Shown here piece after piece: positions 24,662 to 35,762 of a stretch of 64,000 bases of DNA (position 1 is the first letter of the stretch; every line of letters begins with the position of its first letter). The notes beneath the pieces were generated by a model. It was not told the origin of the DNA. It ran no database searches and was given only the letters and a program-made list of their open reading frames with translations. A program made the position numbers and the translations under genes. This stretch comes from Spongospora subterranea f. sp. subterranea (taxonomy: Eukaryota): the NCBI GenBank assembly GCA_049724395.1, contig JAUGWO010000102.1:372001-436000 (forward strand), given 5' to 3'.

Positions 24662-26460
24662 CTGACTGTGGGAACGTATCGACGAGTGGTTACAAGAGTC
24701 CCATTTCCAGTGACAAGAGCAGTAATAAATAACGTATCGACGAGTGGTTACAAGAGTCCCATTTCCAGTGACCCTGACTGTGGGAATCGAGTGGTTACAA
24801 GAGTAACCCGACTGTGGGAACGTATCGACGAGTGGTTACAAGAGTCCCATTTCCAGTGACCCTGACTGTGGGAACGTATCGAAGTGGAGAATTTCCAGTA
24901 TGACTGTGGGAACGTAACGAGTGGTTACAAGAGTCCCATTTCCAGTGACCCTGACTGTGGGAACGTATCAATACAAGGTCCCATTTCCAGTGACCCTACT
25001 GTGGGAATATCGACGAGTGGTTACAAGAGTCCCATTTCCAGTGACCCTGACTGTGGGAACGTATCGACGAGTGGTTACAAGAGTCCCATTTCCAGTGACC
25101 CTGACTGTGGGAACGATCGACGAGTGGTTACAAGAGTCCCAATAATTCTACAGATTCACCCTGACTGTGGGAACATCGACGAGTGGTTACAAGAGTCCCA
25201 TTTCCAGTGACCCTGACTGTGGGAACGCAGCGAGTGGTTTTACAAGAGTCCCATTTCCAGTGACCCTGATGGGAACGCATCCGAGTGGTTTTACAAGAGT
25301 CCCATTTCCAGTGACCCTGACTGTGGGAACGCATCGGCGAGTGGTTTTACAAGAGTCCCATTTCCAGTGACCCTGACTGTGGGAACGCATCGACGAGTGG
25401 TTACAAGAGTCCCATTTCCAGTGACCCTGACTGTGGGAACGCATCGACGAGTGGTTACAAGAGTCCCATTTCCAGTGACCCTGACTGTGGGCGAGTGGTT
25501 TTACAAGAGTCCCATTTCCAGTGACCCTGACTGTGGGAACGCATCGACGAGTGGTTACAAGAGTCCCATTTCCAGTGACCCTGACTGTGGGAACGCATCG
25601 ACGAGTGGTTACAAGAGTCCCATTTCCAGTGACCCTGACTGTGGGCGAGTGGTTTTACAAGAGTCCCATTTCCAGTGACCCTGACTGTGGGAACGCATCG
25701 GCGAGTGGTTACAAGAGTCCCATTTCCAGTGACCCTGACTGTGGGAACGCATCGACGAGTGGTTACAAGAGTCCCATTTCCAGTGACCCTGACTGTGGGA
25801 ACGCATCGACGAGTGGTTACAAGAGTCCCATTTCCAGTGACCCTGACCGCATCGGCGAGTGGTTACAAGAGTCCCATTTCCAGTGACCCTGACTGTGGGA
25901 ACGCATCGACGAGTGGTTACAAGAGTCCCATTTCCAGTGACCCTGACTGTGGGAACGCATCGACGAGTGGTTACAAGAGTCCCATTTCCAGTGACCCTGA
26001 CTGTGGGAACGCATCGGCGAGTGGTTACAAGAGTCCCATTTCCAGTGACCCTGACTGTGGGAACGCATCGACGAGTGGTTACAAGAGTCCCATTTCCAGT
26101 GACCCTGACTGTGGGCGAGTGGTTTTACAAGAGTCCCATTTCCAGTGACCCTGACTGTTAGAACGCATCGACGAGTGGTTACAAGAGTCCCATTTCCAGT
26201 GACCCTGACTGTGGGAACGCATCGGCGAGTGGTTAACAGGTCCTTGAGAATCCCATTTCCCAGTGACTGTGGGAACGCATCACGAGGGTCCCATTTCCAG
26301 TGCAGACTGTGGGAACGCATCCGTCCCATTTCCAGTGAGATGAGGAGACGAGGGTCCCATTTCCAGTGACGGAAGGTCCTTGACTGTGGGAACGCATCGA
26401 CGAGGGTCCCATTTCCAGTGACGGAAGGTCCTTGACTGTGGGAACGCAAGTGGTTAACAA
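24662..26460. repeat. 54-bp satellite/minisatellite, roughly 33 units
   Basis: Unit GACCCTGACTGTGGGAACGCATCGACGAGTGGTTACAAGAGTCCCATTTCCAGT; homogeneous centre, degenerate edges, 46- and 56-bp variants. Confidence 0.97.
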
Positions 26461-27235
26461 GAAATCCAGTATCAACACGGCAGGTCCCGTAAAGATAGGA
26501 GACACACCATGCGTTGACAGTCAATACTCGATGAACGACCAATTTTGGATCAACCTATATTCAGTCAAACCGAATCCTCGTCCATTAATATTCCTCTTTG
26601 CCATCGCTACAGTTGTCGGAAGATTTCTGAACTACTCAATGCTCGATGCATAACGCTACTCACTAAATAGAATAGAAGTAGAATCAAGGTTCGTTGGGGT
26701 CATCAGGACAATAGATTCATATCCCTTAGATATCGAAAGAGCAGTAAGAAGAGCATATCGGAAGCAGATTAAAAATTCGCAATGACGAGAAAAGACATTT
26801 GATTTGAATTCACTGTTTTTCATCAAAGTTACATCGATAAAGTCGAAATTCAACTCCGTATTTTATTTCTTAATCAAAGTCTCGGGGTGGGCTCGGTCGA
26901 GCGGCGACATTTTTGACCGACAATGCTTGAGATCCCAAGAAATTGAGTTGAATCAAATGAAGATCCCAGATAAGGTGCCACCGGTTACTGAATGGATCAA
27001 TGTGTCGACATCAGTGAACGGCTTAGAGATTATGAAAATCGTTTGGGTTCGCGTCTCCAGTTGATTGAATTACTCTAGACGGTATTCCTCAATGGAGTCA
27101 ATGGTGTTCATCCCGACTAAATCGTGATTATATCGGGCGTTTCGCTGCAAAATTCCAAGTCTCGACATTCCAGATCTACATTACGAATATTGAACCTCGC
27201 GATTTGGATATTCAGTAATTTTTCAATGTTTAGTG

Positions 27236-27319
27236 CAATACGCTGCTTGCTTTATTTCTTACGAACAAGACGACTGGACAAGTTGGCTTCCCATCGCGGA
27301 ATTCGCGTATAACAATGCC
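27236..27319 (+). mobile_element. Ty3/Gypsy integrase fragment
   Basis: Translates QYAACFISYEQDDWTSWLPIAEFAYNNA, the Gypsy integrase-core motif QxDW...LP.AEFAYNN. Confidence 0.8.
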
Positions 27320-28504
27320 CTTCAGTACATCCCATGGCATCAAACGCTGATTAGCACAGAACACGCTGATCAAGACCATTGCTCTCCGTGAATATAATGA
27401 GGATATGGAACAATGAAAACGAGACAGGTGGACCATCGTTCATCAATGAAGGTTTGGGGGTGCCTCCTTGAGCCTGTCAGATCATGGCCCTTGGCGTTTA
27501 CACCGCATCAAAAAGGGAACGCCGCTTCCACACTTGTCATAATGGTCCTGTAAAGGTTTATTCTAAAGGACTCTCCTGACTATGCCAAATTAACGACTGT
27601 GATTCTGAAAGAATTGGGATATTTCAGGTCTGGCTCTAAGCGGAGGGCGGGCCGCCAAACACAATCAGACAGGAGGAGAAGAGATCTCGATCATTATTAC
27701 CCTGAATCGCACCACGTTGGTCATTTTTGACACATCGCTGGATCACTCCATGTGATTCAAAGTCAACTGACCGCTCGTGACTTGATTGAGTGCAATCAAC
27801 CTAGAATGGTGGAAATTATGAAGTCTTCAGCAAAGAGCGGTCCATGGAAGACAAGACCGATTGAACCAAGTCTATGGGGTTTCGGCTAATGACAATCACT
27901 TCATGTCATCGAGTTTCGCAGGTGACGTATATTCGGTGTTGTCCTTGGCTGTTGCCATTATTAATGTTCCCAAACGAAACAAGGTTAGCAAAGAAGAGAA
28001 CGTCTGCGCCAACGTCAGCGCCCGGTTACAATGATCGCAAATTGTCCTCACCGCCCCCAATGCTCACCCCAAGAGCCTCCAGATCGGCACCATCACGCGT
28101 CCTTCGATGAGTTCCATTCATCCAGCGTACTTCAATCTCAGTCGTCTGTCCCATCAGCGCCAAAGGATTTTGACGGCAAAGAAGCCCAATTTGTCGATAG
28201 ACACGCTCGCGGCTTTCGAACGCCGTCTTGAAGTCAGTTTAATCATTCAGCATCGGTATGGCAGAGGAGGACGGTCATATCGCTGTCATCACTCTTCTCA
28301 GCGACAACGTTTACAGGAGAGGAACTGTTACCTGCAAACCGACTTGATCGAAGGATTCCTTGTCGATAGACTCTGTCCTACTGCCAATCTCATAATGACA
28401 ACCGGTTTCTGTCCTGCTATTGGCCGGATCGTGCCCTTGGCCAATTCTCGGCTGAAATGACGGATCCACTGGCACATCGCTCGTGAAGAGCTCTTTTTTC
28501 CTCA

Positions 28505-28930
28505 ATGGCAACATCCTGCATCAATCCATTTATCAGTGACGACACGAACGCGCAGGAATGTATCGGTGGCGACTCTCAATCTAGAGCTCCGACAGCAACG
28601 CTGTCCATTGCAGAGTGTCTGGACCACTCCTACAAAACCGTAAAGCAGGTTGAATTAAATTACCCGGTATGCTCGCGCTATGTCGAGGAACACATCTTTT
28701 CGCCAATGATGGTCGCCCTCCCAAAATGCGCACGAAGCGTGCTGGCCGGCACGGAACTTCCAGCCAAGCATCACTTCCGACATGGATGGCAAAGCATTCA
28801 GGATTCCCTGGAGTCTCACTTATTAAGGATTCAAAGGCATCGCGATGGATACTGGCCTGACGGCCATTCTAGAACTTTACAAATTCGGCGGCTTGTCAGA
28901 GGTTGCAGACATCAATTACCCTCGGAAAGT
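28505..28930 (+). mobile_element. Highly decayed Ty3/Gypsy RNase H (pol) relic
   Basis: DTNAQECIGGDSQ, SYKTVKQVELNYPV, ALPKCARSVLAGTE and (shifted frame) KASRWIL echo TDAS..GAVLSQ, S.KL...E.NYP, AL.KWR.YL.G and RQARW. Confidence 0.5.
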
Positions 28931-29315
28931 TATGGTGTTATCAAAGGCGAAGGAAAAGGACCAGGTTCTATTCATCTGGTGCACTACAGTACTTGAAAAA
29001 TCAGAAACTGCCGAGCACGACCTGAATGGCTTCGTAGAAGCATTGCCTGCGATGGATGTCCTGTTTTATTCATTCACGACGTCTTTCGATTGGCGATGAG
29101 GATCGGGTTTCTGCCTTCACTCAAGTACGTCCACCCGCATACTGCCAGCGGTTTACTCAGAAGGCACTGGAAGTTTTTTTCTTCGAGCACAACTCTCCGT
29201 GTGAAATGATGGCAAAAGAAGAGCACATAGTCAAAAACCGGTTGAGGCGTTCGACCTGTTTTCAGCGAGACCTCACCGTAATCGGCGAGGGATTTTGCTG
29301 CGCGGGAACCCGTCG

Positions 29316-30064
29316 TCACCTTTCCCGAAACATCATTTCGCATCCCGTACTGCTACACGCCGCGTGTCCGGTTGGCGATAGTGACGGTTCATAGACGATC
29401 CAAAAGCCAGTTCGAAACATTATTGTCGGGGATAACTGGCCGCCGTGATATATTGTATCAACCGCAGAACCCATTTCTCTCAGGCCACATGTTCGCGGGC
29501 GGCCCCTCTTTATCTTAACGGGTGAGAACAGTCCTCGATCGCATTCATTAACAGAGTTCAACGGACGACATACCCGACCTCGCACATCTGGTATTTTCGA
29601 GCCAATCGATACATTTCGAGCACATGTCCATCATCGACCCACGCTGCTTTTTGCTTGTTTGACTGAAAACAACTAAATTTGTTCTTGGACGGGGCGCTGT
29701 ATCTGGTGCAAAATCAACCACTCAATCGTAGAAGCAGTCCATTCCGGTCGTTTTGAAGCTTTTGCTGCCTTCGGTTCTTCCATAAAGTTATTCGCCTTGC
29801 GTTTGATGACAGATCGAATCGCTGCAATACTTTCTCTACCGATGCTCGATCACTTCGACCACGAATGGAACGGAAGTTTACGTAAATGCTGAATGCGACA
29901 ACAATTTTGGCGTCCTGATGTTCGATGGGGATCGGCATTTCCCTATGCAGCTGCCGACTTGAATATAATTCCTGTGACTCTATCGCTGTCACTAAATAAA
30001 AAAACATGCAAGAAATAAAAGTTGGACCGAACTCGAATACATTTTCAGATTCTTCGACGTCCAT
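29316..30064 (-). pseudogene. Possible decayed DNA-transposon (HTH-containing) relic
   Basis: Broken ORFs with an HTH-like SVEKVLQRFDLSSNARRITLWKNRRQQ segment; weak. Confidence 0.25.
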
Positions 30065-30437
30065 GGGCTCGAAAACACGTTTTTTGTAAAAAAAACAAAA
30101 TAAGTTTTCAATAACGAAGAAGCGACCAACCAGTGATTCGCATGCTATTGGTGACAGTTAAGCAAGCGACAAGAGTGAAATGACAATTTGAAAACACAAG
30201 GCAACCCAGACCAGCGCAACCTGGAGAGAAACCAACAACCGACCTGTGGTGATTGGTAGAGTGTACAGTACGGAGCAGGTGAACACTCTATAAACTGCGT
30301 GAGTTGAGGGGTTCTCTGGTCATTTCCTGGCCGAGACCTTGGGCAACCACACTGGTTTCCTGGCCTTGTCTGCAAACACACAAGTATACCGTTAATGCTG
30401 GGGTGAATTGCTGGCAGAACATTATCACGCAGCAGAC

Positions 30438-32074
30438 ATGGTTGCAGAGTCAAATGTCGGAAGCAAAAGGAGACGAGACGACTGCGAGGAAAGTAGCCGC
30501 TTGGTTAGAGGTATGCATCCGAACGGTGTCCAACCGTTAGGCAATGCATATTTAGGTGGTTTTGGAATGACGCGAAGGTCTAACAATCTTGGGACCTTGT
30601 CCTCACTTCCTGATGATCTTCTACTAACAATCTGGAGCTTTCTGTCGACCGCTGATGTTTGCAGACTTTCTCCCTGTTCTCCCTTCATCTACTGCCTTTG
30701 CGATCATGAGGATTTGTGGAAAACCCTTGTTCTTCGTAATCGCGAGCATCTCAATAACTTCGACGAAACATGGAGGCAAACTTTCTTGACCGAGATTGGA
30801 ATTGCTGCGAGGCATATCTCATTATGCTTTGATGGCATATTCTCGGATAGTCTGTTTCAGCCATGGTAAGGCATTGTGTCGAAAGTACATTATTGAATCT
30901 TATTCTCTTAACTTCGCCATACTTGCGTGTTCAGGCTGAACTCCTCGCGCGGCATTTCCCGCAAATGGCTATGCAATGAGAATATTGATCGCAGATCTGT
31001 CAACGAATTGTCAAAAGAGATGTTCATCGATGAATATGAGCGCCTCAATATTCCTATCATCATCACAGATTGTGTAACTCAATGGCCTGCGTTCCAGAAA
31101 TGGAATCCCGAATTCCTATCTAAATCGTTCGGCAATATTCCTGTCAATGTTCAAGTGGTTGATATGCCGATGGAAGCTTATTGGCGGTATTTGACAGTTC
31201 ACAGTTTGCAAAAGCGGACCATATTGATCCGCTGATTTAGATATTCTAATCAGACAGTTGATGAAACCCCGCTCTACATATTCGAGAAAGAATTCATCAA
31301 AAGAGTGCCAGACCTGGCAGCGGATTTCCAGGTGCCTCCATATTTCTGCGACGATCTTTTTGAACTACTTGGCGAACACCGCCCTGATTATCGGTGGCTT
31401 GTTGCAGGTCCAGCCAGGTATGATTACAACCCAGAAACGCGCTCGCGTCCCAAAAGTTACAGATGTCTAGGTCTGGATCAACATTTCATCAAGATCCGAA
31501 TGGGACTTCCGCGTGGAATGCTGTGATAACTGGCAAGAAAAAGTGGATAATGATGCCGAAAGAGATATGCCCACCTGGTGTTCAGCCATCAGTGGATGGG
31601 TCAGGTATGATGCTCTGATCGTATTCAGCCAATCTTTACTCAAAGCAGTCCGTTTAGAGGTGATGACGCCATTATCGATCGTGGAATGGTTCACCTCGTT
31701 CTATGCCAGTACTCAAATCCAAGGATTTCCCTCGCCCATTCGAGGCGATTGTAAATAGTGGGGAGATGATATTTGTTCCATCAGGGTGGTGGCATTGTGT
31801 TCTTAATCTCGAGCCGTCTATCGCGGTTACACAAAACTTCGTGTCTCCCCGACGCCTTTTGAACGTCCTCGAATTCATTAATGACCGTCGCGATCAAGTT
31901 TCGGGTTATTATTCATCGATGCCACTTGCTGATAAATTCCAGACACTTGTCGAGGAAGCATATCCCAATTTGATCCAACAACTAAAAGACGAAAAGGCTG
32001 CGAAAACTCAATCTCGCTTATGGTCAAAGTGCTCGTCAAATTCGGACAGTTCTCCATTTTCCTTTGGGTTTTAA
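30438..32074 (+). CDS. F-box + JmjC (JMJD6/JMJ22-like) 2-oxoglutarate oxygenase
   Basis: F-box LSSLPDDLLLTIWSFLS; PDYRWLVAGPAR/SGSTFHQDPNGTSAWN; GEMIFVPSGWWHCVLNLEPSIAVTQNFV (HxD...H intact). Confidence 0.92.
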
Positions 32075-32409
32075 ATCCTGATCTTAAAATATGTATCTAT
32101 GATTAAAATAAAAATACTTCTGAATGGTCTCATTATTTATATGTGCAAGTGAACTGATGCTCCCATACACACCAGCATGATCGAACGTGGGTTTTCAAAA
32201 CCAACCAATCGAAATGAATCTGGGTCGAATTGACATGGCGCAATGTTTCTACGCCAACGGTCAGTGTAGCTTGTATGTATATGCGACTCTGTTGCTGTGT
32301 ACAGTGCCTGTGGAACTTCAACCAGCCAAAAAACAGCCGCTCCGTCGCCGCAATCCGAATTTTTGATCGTGGTGAATTTTCGACGTTTGAAGCGTTTTTT
32401 CCCCAGGCG

Positions 32410-34079
32410 ATGGCCCAAAAACTGGCTTCTGCTAAACGAGTTTCGGATAATGATGATGATAGGCCCATAAAAAAAACTAAAGTGTCGAAACCCAAAGCTC
32501 CTACTGAAAAAGTTAAAGTTGAGCTATTTTTGAACCGGTTTGATTCATGTTCATTGTTCGTTTGGTAATCAGAAAACACCGAAAAAGTCTGCTGCAGGCA
32601 AAATAACGGCCGAGGTAATGATTTTCGCTACTCAAATTAAACATTACCAAAACCCAATTAGGACTTTGAACCGTCTCCTATTAACCTGAACGAAAAGTTG
32701 ACTGTCCCGTTATTAGCAATTGCCAAGGAAGAATTGGTATATTGTGGAATGTGCAGCATAAAATCGTTGATGATATTTTACAGGAAATGGGGGGAAACAA
32801 GTTCAAAGGGATATCGAATAAAAAACGCTGCACTAATGCTGCAGAAATACCCTAAAGTCATCACTTCCGGATCTGAAGCAATGAAGTTTAAAGGTATCGG
32901 AGAGTCAATTGCCAAGAAGATCGACGATATCTTGAGCACCGGCTCTATTCAAAAGACGTAAGCAGCATTATGGAGCTGTGAAGGCATATGTTAACTTTGG
33001 TTTCCAGATCTGAGGATGCACAACCTGATGAAGAAGCTCAAGCTTCGGTTGATGAACTTTCTGCTGTTCATGGAATCTCGCGAACTAAGGCTTGGACACT
33101 TGTCCGGGAGCATGTACGCCAGGCAAATCATCGTCTTGTTGCGTTCCTTATTGTTGATATTCCAACAACTAGAATATCAAGCATGTTTCCGACCTCTTTG
33201 GCAATCAAGATCTACTTGACAAAGAAACGTGCTTGGGTTCGGTATTGCTCCCCTGTTTCTATATTCTGGCAATAACCGCTAATCGCAGGGTTGAAGTACC
33301 ATAAAGATCTGCAACAAAAAATTCCAGTTGATGAGGTGAAAGCAATTATCCAGTTTGTTCAAGATCGCGCTACGAAAGTATTCGTGCCTTTGTGCTTGCT
33401 CGTCTTGTTCACTTACTCTTGTGCCAATAAGGTGAACAGTTTGCTCGTCATTCGTGAATGTGGACAATATGCTCGTGAAGCAGATGCAATCACCGAGGTC
33501 CACGTTTTAGTCGGTTATTCCGCAAAACCCGATTTTGCGTCGCTTCTGGCGGAACTGCGAAGTGCAGGATTCGTTGTTGATGACCTATCTTCAACAGTTG
33601 CGGCGAACCGTGTCATTTGCCGTTTGCCTCCACTTGTCGAGTCAAAGCCGGTTGTAGAACTTTCAAGGAAGGTTTTCGCCATACCTAAATTTTCTCAAGT
33701 TTCGAGTAATAATGTACGAACTCCCGACCTCTTTTCGCATCGGCTGGACACGACGACTACTATTGTAAAGACTGTTAAAACGGACGGCCAACACGATGCT
33801 GTCCCGAGTACGCAAAGCAAGCACCGTTTCGTGGAGTTCCGATCGTGTCCGGTGGCGTCATTTCCAATTCAATGCGTGCACTGGTTGGGGCCGCCATCGT
33901 TTTTCCGAAATCTACAAGAATCGGCAAGTGCCAAAGGTCTAGTGTTATCTGAGCATTGCCTACGTCCAGTTGCAGAAGGTGGATCGCAAACGGCGGGCAA
34001 ACCTGTGCAGATAGAGTCAGAGGAGGAGTTATTCAGGCTGTTGGGAGTGGAATTTGTCCCCGCCAATCGCCGTAAATAA
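32410..34079 (+). CDS. DNA polymerase X family (Pol beta-like) protein with a degenerate polymerase site
   Basis: LQKYPKVITSGSEAMKFKGIGESIAKKIDDILSTG (8-kDa/HhH), VHGISRTKA, GLKYHKDLQQKIP, IESEEELFRLLGVEFVPANRR. Confidence 0.88.
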
Positions 34080-35762
34080 CAATAAATATCGTTAGATAGA
34101 TGATTCAATCAGTTTAAGCAGGTTCCGCCGGGAGAATCCAATTTGATTTTCGTTCCGAATGTGATCTGTATACTGATCGGAGCTGCACGTTCCCCAGAAT
34201 TCACCGCGGCTGATCAGGAATTCTATTCCAGGCAGTGCTTGAAATGCCCCAGATCGTTAAACGATGGGCTTTCGACCATCCCACGCCTCGATTGAGTTTT
34301 TCACTAGCTCGGCTAAAGCCCACCAATTTCAACGGAGTACAACTGCCTCAACGATATTCGGATAAATTCTGCTGTCTCTAGCAATATGTTGTAGTCCAAC
34401 AACACCGTTATGTTTTGGTTTATACCGTTATTGTCCTTCAGACAGTGATTTCCTTAAATCAAGTCTGTTAATCAAGTATCCATTGCTGGAAATCTTTCGC
34501 CATTTATCGGGCTCATCCATAATCGATTGAAAGCGAAACAAGCTGTTCGACTTTTGTATGCCTTTGATCCGAACAGGATTCATCAGACTTAACCCGTCCC
34601 GTCGAAGTAGCGCCAGGAAAATCGACTGCTGTCGAGATGAAGATGGCAACATACCGAGCATCAGCAGAGAATTTTGCATTGAATGGACCCATCATATCTG
34701 AATACACAAATTTAACTGAACGAATGTCTGAGGCTGGAGACTGGTTCTGGTTAGTGTCCCTTTTACCACATGATGCAATTGTTGATTTGCCTCCCATTCA
34801 TATCCCGGGACTTTATAGCAAGAATTGAATTCGCTGTGAATCAAAACCGAAGAGAATGGAAAATGTGGTGTCCTGAACGTTGGATCCAGCCTCTGCTAGG
34901 TTGCAGAATGTTTACGCAAACCGATGATCACACCGCGTTTGAGTTCGAAAAAACTTCGACAGTGACCGTCAAATGAACTTCTGTTGATTTCGAGTTGGCG
35001 AATCTATCACTATTTGCCAAATAAACACAAGCGCGTTGAGCGCGGACGACAGACATCCCCCCCAAACTATATAGGCCAAATAGGATGAGCGATTTGCAGT
35101 TGGGCAAAGAGCGACCCTCAATGGACATCATTCCGATCATAACACTGAACGTCGCATATTTATTGACTTTTCCACGTAGATTCCGAGGAGAGATATCGTT
35201 GAGTTCTCAATCACGGCCGCAAGGAACCTTCATCAGTGGTGACTCAATGTCGGAGATTCATGGGAGGAGCGAATCGGGTCAACGTCCTGGGGCTAATAAT
35301 ATCTTCGGGTTCCACAGGAAATATCCAGCCATTGATTATCATTTCTCATAAAGACATTGTCCGAGATCGTGTTTGTCGGCCATCCAGCCATCTCAGCTCA
35401 GCTCGGCTACACCTGTCGGTCGAACGCCCCGGCCCATTATATCCCATACCGGTCAATTATATCCCACGTCGGTCGTTATATACAATCCGCCGACTGTCTC
35501 TCAGCCATATATACAGGATATCGCCGATCCGCCGACTCTAGGGGTTAAGGGTTGTCGGAGTTTTCGCATTTGTCCGCCACGGCACTGGTGATTGATTCAC
35601 TTCATCATCTCATTCTGGAATTCGTCGTTGATTGACAACAAGAACGTTGCTGCATCGACACGATCTTCCAGTTTTAAGGTGAGACCATACTGCCGTTGTG
35701 CTCTCCCCGTGCGTGTCTGATTCGTGGGTTCTTCTATAGCCTCCTCTTTTCTACTACCTACC

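Noticed and set aside
24662..26460. CRISPR array
   Set aside because: Units are near-identical along their full length with no unique spacers, there are no cas genes, and the context is eukaryotic.
24662..26460. Hammerhead-ribozyme satellite
   Set aside because: No CUGANGA plus GAAA core with the required stems on either strand of the unit.
24668..26542. Repeat-protein ORFs (VTRVPFPVTLTVGTHRR, TSGYKSPISSDPDCGNA, MRSHSQGHWKWDSCNHSS)
   Set aside because: By-products of a 54-bp unit; the 46- and 56-bp variants repeatedly shift the frame.
34100..35560. Short ORFs, small duplications (attatatccca, atccgccgact) and a telomere-like ctaggggttaaggg upstream of ABCF
   Set aside because: No coherent gene model; the motifs are too short to exceed chance or ordinary promoter sequence.
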